This document shows positions 12,281 through 24,428 of a stretch of DNA of 64,000 bases, piece after piece (positions within the stretch are counted from its first letter, which is position 1; the number at the start of each line of letters is the position of its first letter). The notes beneath the pieces were generated by a model. It was not told the origin of the DNA, did no database searches, and was given only the letters and a program-made list of their open reading frames with translations. Source of the DNA: Macrostomum lignano (lineage: Eukaryota); assembly GCA_002269645.1 (NCBI GenBank), contig NIVC01000540.1, positions 251,478 through 315,477 of the forward strand, in the 5' to 3' direction. The position numbers and the translations under genes are program-made.

Positions 12281-15248
12281 TCGGCAACTATTTAGTCAGC
12301 AACTATCCATCCAGTCAGCATCCGTCCAGTCAGCAGCCGTCAGTCAGCAACAATCCAGTCAGCAACCATCCAGTCAGCAACCATCCAGTCAGCAAACATC
12401 CATCCAGTCAGCAACCATTCGTCCAGTCAGCATCCATCCAGTCAGCAACCATCCAGTCAGCAACCATCCAGTCAGCATCCGTCCAGTCAGCAGCCATCCA
12501 GTCAGCAACCGTCCATCCAGTCAGCAACAATCCAGTCAGCAATCATCCAGTCAGCAACCATCCAGTCACAACCATCCAGTCAGCAGTCATCCAGTCAGCA
12601 ACCATCCGTCCAGTCAGCAACCATCCGTCCAGTCAGCAATCATCCGTCCAGTCAGCGACCATCCAGTCGGCAACCATCCAGTCACAACCATACGTCCAGT
12701 CAGCAACCATCCAGTCAGCAACCATCCAGTCAGCAACCATCCATCCATTCAGCAACCATCCAGTCAGCAACCATCCAGTCAGCAACCATCCAGTCAGCAA
12801 CCATTCGTCCAGCAACCATCCATCCAGTCAGCAACAATCCAGTCAGCAACCATCCAGTCAGCAAACATCCATCCAGTCAGCAACCATTCGTCCAGTCAGC
12901 AACCATCCAGTCAGCAACCATCCAGTCAGCAACCATCCAGTCAGCATCCGTCCAGTCAGCAGCCATCCAGTCAGCAACCGTCCATCCAGTCAGCAACAAT
13001 CCAGTCAGCAATCATCCAGTCAGCAACCATCCAGTCACAACCATCCAGTCAGCAGTCATCCAGTCAGCAACCATCCGTCCAGTCAGCAACCATCCGTCCA
13101 GTCAGCAATCATCCGTCCAGTCAGCGACCATCCAGTCGGCAACCATCCAGTCACAACCATACGTCCAGTCAGCAACCATCCAGTCAGCAACCATCCAGTC
13201 AGCAACCATCCATCCATTCAGCAACCATCCAGTCAGCAACCATCCAGTCAGCAACCATCCAGTCAGCAACCATTCGTCCAGCAACCATCCATCCAGTCAG
13301 CAACAATCCAGTCAGCAACCATCCAGTCAGCAACCATCCAGTCAGCAACCATCCGTCCAGTCAGCAACCATCCAGTCAGCAGCCATCCTGTCAGCAGCCA
13401 TCCAGTCAGCAGCCATCCAGTCAGCAACCGTCCATCCAGTCAGCACCCATCCAGTCAACAACCATCCAGTCAGCGACCATCCAGTCAGCAACCATCCAGT
13501 CAGCAACCATCCAGTCAACAACAGTCCATCCAGTCAGCAAACATCCATCCAGTCAGCAACCATCCAGTCAACAACAGTCCATCCAGTCAGCAACCATCCA
13601 TCCAGTCAGCAACAATCCAGTCACAACCATACATCCAGTCAGCAACCATCCAGTCAGCAACCATCCGTCCAGTCAGCAACCATCCAGTCAGCAGCCATCC
13701 TGTCAGCAGCCATCCAGTCAGCAGCCATCCAGTCAGCAACCGTCCATCCAGTCAGCACCCATCCAGTCAACAACCATCCAGTCAGCGACCATCCAGTCAG
13801 CAACCATCCAGTCAGCAACCATCCAGTCAGCAAACATCCATCCAGTCAGCAACCATCCAGTCAACAACAGTCCATCAAGTCAGCAACCAATCATCCAGTC
13901 AGCAACAATCCAGTCAGCAACAATCCAGTCAGCAACAATCCAGTCACAACCATACATCCAGTCAGCAACCATCCAGTCAGCAACCGTCCATCCAGTCAGC
14001 AACAATCCAGTCAGCAACAATCCAGTCAGCAACCGTCCATCCAGTCAGCAACTATCCAGTCAGCAACCATCCATCCAGTCAGCAACCGTCCAGTCAGCAA
14101 CCATCCAGTCAGCAATCATCCATCCAGTCAGCAACCATCCAGTCAACAACCGTCCATCCAGTCAGCAACCATCCAGTCAACAACCATCCAGTCAGCGACC
14201 ATCCAGTCAGCAACCATCCAGTCAGCAACCATCCAGTCAGCAACCATCCAGTCAGCAAACATCCATCCAGTCAGCAACCATCCAGTCAACAACAGTCCAT
14301 CCAGTCAGCAACCATCCATCCAGTCAGCAACAATCCAGTCACAACCATACATCCAGTCAGCAACCATCCAGTCAGCAACCGTCCATCCAGTCAGCAACAA
14401 TCCAGTCAGCAACAATCCAGTCACAACCATACATCCAGTCAGCAACCATCCAGTCAGCAACCGTCCGTCCAGTCAGCAACAATCCAGTCAGGAACAATCC
14501 AGTCAGCAACCATCCAGTCAGCAACCATCCAGTCAGCAACCGTCCATCCAGTCAGCAACAATCCAGTCACAACCATCCGTCCAGTCAGCAACCATCCAGT
14601 CAGCAAACATCCATCCAGTCGGAAACCATCCAGGCAGCAACCATCTAGTCAGCAACCATCCATCGAGTCAGCAACCGTCCAGTCAGCAACCATCCAGTCA
14701 GCAGCCATCCTGTCAGCAGCCATCCAGTCAGCAAACATTCATCCAGTCAGCAACCATCCATCCAGTCAGCACCCATCCAGTCAACAACCATCCAGTCAGC
14801 GACCATCCAGTCAGCAACCATCCAGTCAGCAACCATCCAGTCAGCAAACATCCATCCAGTCAGCAACCATCCAGTCAACAACAGTCCATCCAGTCAGCAA
14901 CAATCCAGTCAGCAACAATCCAGTCACAACCATACATCCAGTCAGCAACCATCCAGTCAGCAGCCATCTAGTCAGCAGCCATCGAGTCAGCAGCCATCCA
15001 GTGAGCAACCGTCCATCCAGTTAGCAACCATCCAGTCAGCAACAATCCAGTCACAACCATACGTCCAGTCAGCAACCATCCAGTCAGCAACCATCCGTCC
15101 AGTCAGCAACCATTCCAGTCAGCAACAATCCAGTCACAACCATACGTCCAGTCAGCAACCATCCAGTCAGCAACCGTCCATCCAGTCAGCAACCATCCAG
15201 TCAGCAACAATCCAGTCACAACCATACGTCCAGTCAACAACCATCCAA
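12281..15248. repeat. ~3 kb minisatellite, 15-bp core ACCATCCAGTCAGCA (19-bp variants) with higher-order duplications
   Basis: Begins ~15 bp after the RepHel stop; a 469-bp offset duplication is shown by identical ORFs 12633-12815 and 13102-13284. Confidence 0.97.
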
Positions 15249-18200
15249 TTATTTACGATAAATTGCGTAATTTGCGTTGCAGTGGCTGCTGAATTCTCAT
15301 AAGCAAAGCACTTAAAAAGCTAATGTCTGCTCGAGTTACAATTTAAATATTCTTTCCAAAAACGAACACTCTATTGAGTGGGTACTGCGCGCATGTTTGC
15401 CGTTTGGCGGTTTTGATACAAATTTGCGAAACTATTATTGCGCGCAGCACCGCCCACAAAATGTGCAGTGAAAGTCCCTAAAAGTGTGAGTAGCATTGAT
15501 TAACCTTTCACAGTGTAAAAAAATTTACAGTGTAAAAAATGGTGTAAAGTTTCCATAAAAATATCTTTGTTTTTAATTCTCATTGCACTGTGTGAGGTTA
15601 GTTAAATGCTCGACGCTTTTTGTTTTAGACACGGCAGTATTTTTCTCATATAATAGTTTACATATTTATTGATTAATTCGTTTTTTCGGAGTTTTGAAAG
15701 CTGCTGTGCCTAATTATGGATTTAGCTAAATGATCAGGCTACCTAATGTTGGGTAACTTGTATCAAATGGCAAAGCATTTCACTGCAAAGTCGCATCCGG
15801 TGGTTTCACGTACCTGTGGGCGTTAAACTGTACATTTGAAATGCTGAATTTCTAGGAAAATCTCATTTCAAATTACAGTGAACAGAATCGGAGCGGCGAA
15901 AATTTTTTTTAACTAATTTCGTTGTTAATTGCAAGATTATTTTTCGTAAGTCCAAATGTCCAAGATATTTATTATGAGTATTATTTCTTGGACCTTAGTA
16001 TATGATGTTAATTCATGTGTCTCAGTTTGATTTTTTGAGTCTATTTAATAGAACTTTGTGATTAAAAAATTAATGAATGGTAAATTATAATTAATTAGTC
16101 ACATAGGACATATGTAACTAAAATACGTAGCATCTAAGTAGTTTACAATAGTTTAACATTTTTAGGGTTTTATGTGTTGCAAAACTGTACTCAAAGAAAT
16201 CAAAAATAATTTCGAAATATTGAGCAATTAATGCACTTCGACCTGCTAAGGTGGCACACCTTCAATCTAGTTAATGGAATTCTCATCTCATGAGCTCTAG
16301 TCTATGGACAAACCTGAAATTACTAGAATATCTAGATAGATCTAAACTTCTTTGAGCAGCGCGTTGCGCTGCGAGCAAAATACATGTAGATTCCTTAGCG
16401 CAACTAATTAATAGTGTAGTACAGTCTACAGCCTGAAGTAGCCTGTGTAAGATGCGGAGGGATGATTTTTGCATAGGAAGCCACTACGGTAAGGTTGATG
16501 GAACTATGGGGAGGTGAGAGATTCAAAGCGAGGGACGGAAGCCATGCATAGTTCGATCATAAGTTTGATTATTCCATGAGTCTGGGGATGCATTAACGAG
16601 AGGCGGACGAGAGCATAGAAATAAAGCGGGCTAAATATATTAATACACAAAATTACATGTACTAGCTAGTAATTTCAGAATGGTCAGCGACTCCTCCGAT
16701 TTGTATCCGCGACCGCGTGCCCACAAATCCCCGGCAGACCCTGTCGCAGTTGGTGGTTGTGCACAGAATACAATGTTAATTTTCGAGCTTCTCTGCAAAA
16801 AATGCGTGATGCACTCAAGATGCGTGCTATAGTCTACTTCTTTGATTGATGGCTGGGTTTTGCCTTTTCGCTTGTGATCATCAAAAGCTTGGGCGTCATT
16901 GCTACTGGTGTTTCAGTGTGCGCATTATGTCTGGTTATCATATTATGTGCATGTGCAGTGTCTTTTACCTACATTTTTGTTTGTCTCTGTTTCCTGCATG
17001 CTCTTTCGCATTTTTACACCTCGCACACCCTCATTTTTCTCAATTAACAAGTGAAATCTTTTTTTAAAGACTAACTGCTATTTTAGTTAAGCTAGTAGGT
17101 TTTTGGTAATTAAATAATTCAATTTTGTCTATTTTCCAAAAAGTTTCAAAAAATGAATTGATTAAAATAAATTTGAATTATTTTAAGTTAATTGGAGTAA
17201 AATGTCTAATAAGTAACTATAATTTTTTATTTTAAGTACATGCAGCTTTGGTATAAGTATTAATGTAATAAGTACTTAAAGTAAAATCAAGCAAGTTATA
17301 GTTTTCAGAAATTATGCTACAAATAATCAAATATATACTAGAATCCGAATTCCTTTATTAAGGAACATGCAGTTGATATTAAATCCACAATGTGCTTTTT
17401 GGTGTTCAAGGATAGTTCCCTGACTTTTTCTATTATTAGTTAGATTTTATTATATTTAATGTAAAAATGAACAATTCTATTCACCGTAAAAATGAACATT
17501 CTTTATTTGTCGAATCATCTTGACTTTGAAAAGATACATAGTGAAAACTTGATTTTTAATTCAACTTTTCAAGACTTATTTAGACTTCTTAATTCAGTGA
17601 TTAGTTAAACTGATCGAAGTCCTTTCGAGTGCATGCTATAATAATTTCGCACTTTTTCGCACACGATAATTTTAAATGTCTGGGATTTAGAGCAGAGTAA
17701 CAAAATGCTGTGCTCAAAAACATTTCCTTTGTCAATTTCTTGTTCTTTTATTTTTGCAAAAGAAATTTAACTGCATATTTAAAATAAAAATAGAAGAAAA
17801 TTTTATTTTCTCTTTAATATTTTTGTCGTTTATTTTCCGCAACAAAGAATAACAAATAGCCTTGATTTCTTCTCAATTTCAAGTTTTCTTGTGGTTTTAG
17901 TAGCAGCTTCTTACAGAAATTGTCGAAATAATTTTTTTTGTACGATTATTGGTCGATGTATAAACTTTTTTTGCAATAACAAAAAGTTGTGACCTAGCTT
18001 TGAGAACGACCCGCACGCTCATACTCATACTACTACACTACACTACACACAGTTTGAATTAATTAAGTCAAAGCTGTTATAAACTTTAGCAAAATAGTGT
18101 AAACTATCACATAAGAGTAACATATAAGATTAACATTACATTAGTCTTAGACAGTATGTTTGGCTTGATCCTAAGCCTGGCCTGAGCTAAGCCATAACCA

Positions 18201-19419
18201 TAAGGCATAAAGCATAATATTGTGATATGTTTAAAAACTTTTAATGTAGTATTTTAGGTTGGCTTATTTTTTGTGTAAATGGTAGTGTTTAAGCAGAACT
18301 GTAGTTCTTTTACACTTATAGTACCTAGGACTGGGTCTAGGATAGGTGGTTAGGCCTAGGCCCTAGGCCAATGATTTAATTTAAAATATTTTTTAGCTTG
18401 ACTAAGTTGGGCAGCTGGCCTACTTAAAGTATAGGGCTAGGCTTTTAATTGAAAGAAGCATAGAATTTCTATTTTGAATTTGCATTTAGGGGCCTAATAT
18501 TAAGCTAGTTAGTTTTTAGCTTAAAAATTATTAGTAGGCCTAACTAATTAAGCTAAAAAACATAGTAGAGGGGGCCTAGTGTTGTCTACAAGTCTACAAT
18601 TATTAACTTTCTTGTCTAATTAAGCTAAGGTGCTTAATTTTCATTATAACTAGCTTAAGCTTGATGGAAAAAATCAATAGAAAAAAGCCTAGTTGCTTTC
18701 AAAGGTGAGTAATTTATTTTTCTTATATTATAAATATTATATTTAAAAGTCTTGTATCATAAATTAATTTAGCACAACATAATAGGCCTAGTCTTTAGCA
18801 GAACAAGATTAAATAGAATAGATTAGAATATGTAAATAGTTGTCCATATCTCTAAGAAGCAATATATTTAGCTTGCTAAATTGGCCAAGTTTATTTTTGA
18901 GTAGCAACAAAGAACAATTTATGAATAATAGATCAAAATGGCATTCCTTTGGTTTACAATTATCCCAGATAGTGACAATCACCTTAAACATTGACAATCA
19001 CCACAAAAATAGTTGTAAGACAAAATCTATAGTTTCCAATGAAACAAAATAAAATGTTGGCAAATTGACTTTGTTTAGGCCTATTTCAAAAGATAGTAAG
19101 ATTGTTGTAACACCTTATTTTTCATCTTTGGTGTATGATCACCTAAGCTGGCAGTAGAAAAGCCTGTCAACTAATTTCTATTGTCAAGTTGCAAGTTTGA
19201 GCTATGGTAGCCTATATATTTCACATTCAATTTATGATCACCCAAATGTATGTTGCCCATTAAAATGATCAATTGTGATCCAAAGCTAGATATAAGAAAG
19301 TGTACTGAGGGTTGACATTTTAATAGAAAATGTATAGTTGGATGATCGTAAACTGAAAGTGATATAAATATTTTAAGCTACATAGCTCTAAGTTGCTCTT
19401 TGAATAGGACTCTTTGACA

Positions 19420-20476
19420 GGGTCCTAGTCATTTCATCAACTGGCATTTTGTCAATTGGCCATTTCATCAACTTGGTTTTATCAGTGGTCATTTCGTCAA
19501 CTAGCCAATGAAGCAATCTCAAACCTCGGTCACTTCATCAATTGGCCAACAGGAAGTGTTCCAACATTGGTCACTTTGTCAACTGCTAATAAACTACCTC
19601 CCGCAGCCGCAAAAAAGTAAAACTGAAATTCATCAGCGTCCAGGTCTTGACACTGTACAGCAGGCTTGATCACTGCCTTGCCTGCAACAATGCTGCCCTC
19701 AAGCGGTTAGCTGTACATTAACCTGGCCTCGCGGACTACAGGACTCCCCCAGACTACATGTAAATGTACTGTAGCTCAAGCCAGTATACATGTACATTTT
19801 AGTGTCAAGCATGACAGGAATGAAATACCTTATACATGTACAGCATGATCAATCGATGAGTGCGTATGAATTGTGCATAATTATTTACTCCAATCAAGAG
19901 CATTACCAGATATCAAGATTCACTGCAAGGGCTTTGGTTGACTATGCATAGCAGGTTGGAGGGGTGGGAAGGCGTACGCAGTCCACCAATTTTCATGATT
20001 CCATATATAAGGGACTTTTTAACAGTCCTCAACGCGTTTTGATAGGAGAAATACCGATGTTATGTAGTCGCATGTATGGTTGCATAACACACAAATACTC
20101 AAGATTCATTAATGCCTGGATGCATATGGGTATGAGTATGCATGGGGTAACGCATTTGCATAGAATATTTGCATCTAAACATTTAACCTAATAGACATGC
20201 AGTCTGGTATTGCAAAATTGCAAAATTTGTTCATTTTTTAAAAATAAGGCAATTAATAAAACAAGTCATCGATATAACAATAATTGTAAGCTATACAAGA
20301 TATGCAGCTATATCAGCTACATATGTATATCATTCATATAATGAAAATTTTAGTCACTTCATCAACAAGCAAATAGGAAAGACCTAGGCATTGGTCACTT
20401 TCTCAACCGCCAATAAAGTTTCCCTAACACTTTGGTCAAAGTTGGTCAACGCCAATTGACAAAATGACCATTACCC
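19420..20476. mobile_element. Non-autonomous TIR DNA transposon (MITE) with 8-bp TSD and subterminal repeats
   Basis: Termini GGGT...ACCC; CATTTTGTCAATTGGC versus GCCAATTGACAAAATG; perfect TSD CTTTGACA at 19412-19419 and 20477-20484. Confidence 0.8.
19625..19700 (-). pseudogene. Small RTE-like LINE reverse-transcriptase remnant
   Basis: Minus frame SLLYSVKTWTL resembles the LLYGxETWTL motif downstream of the RT domain in RTE-clade LINEs; flanks are disrupted. Confidence 0.35.
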
Positions 20477-22369
20477 CTTTGACACGCTTTTCTATAGCCA
20501 GCTTTGGTTCACAATCATCATTTTAATAGGAAAATATATGTTTAGATGATCTTAAACCAAAGGTGATATATATAAGCTACTAGTGAACCAATGTACAATC
20601 CTTTCAATTTCAAATAAACAAAGTTAGTTGATTAGCCAACTTTTGCTTGCTTTTTATTTGAAACTACTATTTCAAATGAATGTTTTTATATCTTAGTTTT
20701 GAACATGATATTTTTGCACTATAGTAAGCAAAATATAAGGTGATTGTAAACCCAAGCTAGAAAAATAGAAGGTGATCATAAACATACATACGCAACCCCC
20801 TGATTTACACTGGCCATGCAACTTACTTTTTGACCAAAAGTGCAACTTACCTATGAAAGAAACCCTAGAGCAACATTAATGCAATATTGGGTAAATGGCA
20901 GGAGTAACTATGACTGTCTTTTAAGGGCTAAATGCCTCATCATCTAATTAGTACTATGTCTGTATTCTTTGGGGTGGGCAATTTTGCGACTTACCCCTGG
21001 TCCACCAAAATTTACGGTGGCCAGATCAGCCAGGTTGGCCAGCAGTTGCGCATGTATGATTATAAACCAAAACTGGCAAAATAGACAATGATTATAAACC
21101 AAAGGATTGCCAAAATAACATGATATAGCTAGGGCCTAGCAAATTTATGATTAGCTAAAAGTTACAATGTACTCTAAGCAAAATTATTGATTTATTAAAA
21201 ATTAATCTCTTGCCAATATATAAAAACCAATATAAGAATATATATCAAAGTTATATCTAGTGGCCTTGCCTTGGTCTACTAATATTAAAAACAAAACATT
21301 TTACAACTAAGCCAACCCCATCGTATTTGCTTCCTTCTAAAATAATATTTATAAAATATAGGTACTGATTATGTAATGTGCTAAGTAGAATTTTAATAAG
21401 CATGCCAGAAAAAACGTAGAGGGCAAGATAAGTGTTCAAATAGTATCACATTGCAAAATGCAGTAGACAATACATCAAATGTGCTAGATAAAATATAGTT
21501 CATTGCTTATCTAGTCCCGACAGACTACATAGATGTGATCCCAACAGGTCATAGATGCTATATAGCTTGTGCACAGTATTGAGAAAAAAAATAGCAGAAC
21601 AAAGTTGGCAATAAATTCTAAACAATGACAAGGGTGCCTAGCTATTAAGGACTATGCAGCAAAAATGGTATGGACTCTGGCTCATAGGCGAGTTGTTAAA
21701 AAAGGAAACTAGAATCTAAATAAAAAAGAGACAAAAGCAAAATACAAAAGAAAATAATTTGATAGCATAGATATAATTAAAATGCAAACATGAAACTTAC
21801 AAAATAATAATGGATATATGTATATATTTGATATCGGATTAAAATATTTATAGTTTTCTAGTAAGCAAGCAAACAAGCAAGTAAGTTATTTAAGGCATTT
21901 ATATGTATTGCAAAATATTAATTTTAGTATATAGATAAATAGACTAAAATGGCCCTTTTTAGGTTGCTTTTAGTTAGAGCTAACCATTGTATATATACCA
22001 ATGAAATGATATATGTGATATAAAAAGTGTTGAATGTTAAATGATCACCTAAGTTGCTAAATAGAGATGATTTGGTAAGTTTTACAAGCTAGTAATAAGA
22101 AAGTATTATGTCAAATAAAAAGGGCCCTTTTAGGACACTGCAACTTGCTGCAATGATATAGATTATAAGCAATACAATGTCAGACTGAAGTTATGAAACT
22201 ACTTAAATTTTCCCAATATTACAACTAGAAAAACACATTGAATTGGGTATTGTTGCTGTGTTTATCCTCAATCTCCTTCTTCCTCTGATTATAAAGTTGT
22301 ATAGTAGTAGCACATATCAATCCAGGATTTGAATGTCAAGGTGGGACCTTCCATTTAAATATGACAAAT

Positions 22370-22964
22370 GGGAGCACAAGAAATGCCCGCAAACAGATTG
22401 CCCACCAAGATTTGCCCGCAGGAGATTTGCCTGTCAAGATTTGCTTGCATAGCTTTTCCCACCAAGAATTGCCTACAGTGCATTTGCCTGTGAGCAAATT
22501 GCCTATGGAGATTTGCTTGCAAGTGAATTAATTGCCTCCAAGGTTTGCCAAGGTTTGCCTATAATGCTTTTTTCCTACAGTGCATTTGGCTACGCAGCAG
22601 ATTTTGTCTGTATTGCCTCCCCAATGCTTAGTAAGTCTTAATAAAAAAATTTACCCAATCAAACATTTCGATTATAACTGTATATTAAATGCATATTTGG
22701 GGGGGCACTACAGACAGAATCTAGTTGCCAAATGTGCTATAGGAAAAAAGCATTGTGGGCAAACCTTGGTGGGAAAAAACTCAGCTGGGCAATTTGCTAG
22801 TGGGAAATTCACTTGCAGGCAAAATCCATTGCAGGCAAATCTTGGCAAGCAATTCTTGGTGGATAAATCTCTATAGGCAATCTTGATAGGAAAAGCTTAG
22901 TGGGCAAATCTTGACAAGCTAATCACAGTAGGCAATTTGTCTGCAAGCAATTCTCATGGACCTG
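22370..22964. mobile_element. Foldback MITE built from TTGCC/GGCAA short repeats, 8-bp TSD
   Basis: Left arm has ATTTGCC-type units, right arm has the inverse GGCAAAT units; TGACAAAT at 22362-22369 and 22965-22972. Confidence 0.7.
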
Positions 22965-23266
22965 TGACAAATTAATCTAGTGTAGCATAGCAGTCCTTGG
23001 AAAAACAAGACTAAACAGAACAGAATATGCAAATAATAGTCTAAGAAGTGATATATTTAGCTTGCTAAATTGGCTAAGTTTATTATTTTTGAGTAGCAAC
23101 AATAAAGTTATTAATAATAGATCAAAATAATAGATAGTACAACAAATTATGATTGGCTAAAAGTTACAATAGGTGCTATGCAAAATTCTAAATTTGTTAA
23201 AAAATATCTCTAGTCAATATATAAAAGGCAATGCAAGAATGTATAGAGAAGTTATATAAAATATGA

Positions 23267-23937
23267 TCTCTACCTATAAAAATCAAAACTCTGTGTGTGT
23301 GTGTGTGTGTGTGTGGACAATTTTGATCGCTATGGACTCCCAAACCGCTCAACCAAATTACACCAAACTTTACACCCACCCTAAACTTACTACGGAGAAT
23401 GTCTTAGGCTACCTTTTAATTTCCTAAATTTGAGTCTTCCTACCTAAAAGTGCAAAAAACTGTTCAAAATGCGCAATTTTTTCACTAAATCCTCCATAGC
23501 GCCGCTCCACTTCTACCGATTCTCTTCAAATTTGACACAGACAATTTTCAACTATTTTGGCACAATCATGTAAAATTTCGAGTCTGAAAGTTAATCCTGA
23601 ACGGCGCTGTGCACTTTTAAAGTTTGGCTGTTTTTTTCAGCGAGGCAGCCACCCCAACCTCCGCCCGCCTGCCTCTCTTTCCCGATCTGGGCAAAGGGTG
23701 TGAGTAGGTTTTAAAATGCCTAACTTTCGGCTGCCATAGTTTTGCTCCACGTGAAGCGATTGACTTCAAATTTGACACAATTCTTTATTGACTCCTTCTC
23801 TGCCTACATGTAAAGTCTCAACTCTGTATCTCAATCAGGACAGAAACTGTAAGCATGTGAAGTTTGTCTGCTTTTTCTGTTGTTTGTGCCACTCACTCAC
23901 TCATTCCCCCAGAGCCAGACGAAGGGTAAGGCGATAG
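23267..23937 (+). mobile_element. Non-autonomous Helitron-like element with internal (GT)n and duplicated core
   Basis: A|TC start then TATAAAAATC and (GT)n; two CTCCAC...CGATT...TTCAAATTTGACACA cores (~23495, ~23735); degenerate GC-rich 3' end resembling hairpin plus CTAG. Confidence 0.4.
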
Positions 23938-24428
23938 GACTGAATGTACATAGCAAATGTACAGTGTTTTGGAATAACTTTATTTATAGCCTTCTCTGCA
24001 CCCCGAGAGTGGAGAGGCTACGTTTAGCCATAACAGTTTAGTGAGAAATTCTAACCACTGCCCTCCCCTCTTCTGTATTGGCAAACTCTGCAGCAGTTTA
24101 ACACTGGATGGCAATTGGCAAATCGAGGCAATCCAGCATGGTTTGTAAAAGCGAAAGATTTATGAAAAGGCGATGCGATGCAATGCAATGAAATACAACC
24201 CTACTAAATTAGGCACACCATGGAAATTTTAAGTTTCTCTTAAAAGTACTTTGAAATTTAAATGGCCTAAGAAATGCGTATTTCCTTGGTTGTTAGACTG
24301 ATGCAGACTGCAGTGGAGCTGAAGATACACAAATTCCTTTCAGGGCTGCAAATTGGCAAGAAAGATGACGTGATCAAAGCATGAGAATAACGATGAGAGT
24401 AGTACGTCGCACAAACTGGCTTTCGAAG

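Larger units (their letters stand above)
4822..15248 (+). mobile_element. Autonomous-looking Helitron, group 2 (HLE2/Helitron2/Helentron-like, no C-terminal endonuclease). Minimum extent given; termini not located
   Basis: Uninterrupted RepHel ORF with Rep motif 2 YWFRIEYQSRGSPHVHGCIW (the GSPHxH form typical of group 2), Pif1 helicase, N-terminal OTU and an adjacent satellite array. Confidence 0.9.
19090..20790. mobile_element. Degenerate palindromic (foldback) element, interrupted by the MITE at 19420-20476
   Basis: 19260-19305 (TAAAATGATCAATTGTGATCCAAAGCTAG) is an inverted match to 20485-20530; GATCACC-type units at 19095-19145 invert-match 20730-20790. Confidence 0.5.

Noticed and set aside
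658-15483. 13-bp inverted match TTTTAGGGACTTT / AAAGTCCCTAAAA as TIRs around the Helitron
   Set aside because: There is no TSD, the match does not extend, and matches of this length are expected by chance in 64 kb.
15250-15500. Candidate Helitron 3' hairpins (CACTC-TATT-GAGTG; GCC-GTTT-GGC)
   Set aside because: Stems are only 3-5 bp and I found no matching 5' sub-terminal repeat, so the termini are left uncalled.
16283-16620. Possible LINE RT remnant on the minus strand (HGFRPS..., LRILHRLLQAVD)
   Set aside because: The similarity is too weak and interrupted to support without a profile search.
16680-16830. Short GC-rich ORF (MVSDSSDLYPRP...) as the ATP9 first exon
   Set aside because: It has no phase-2 donor compatible with the acceptor at 28502 and no convincing homology.
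1528-18013. CGGGTCGTTC / GAACGACCCG inverted match
   Set aside because: Only a 10-bp core with weak extension and no TSD; at most these are ends of unrelated copies of a TE family.
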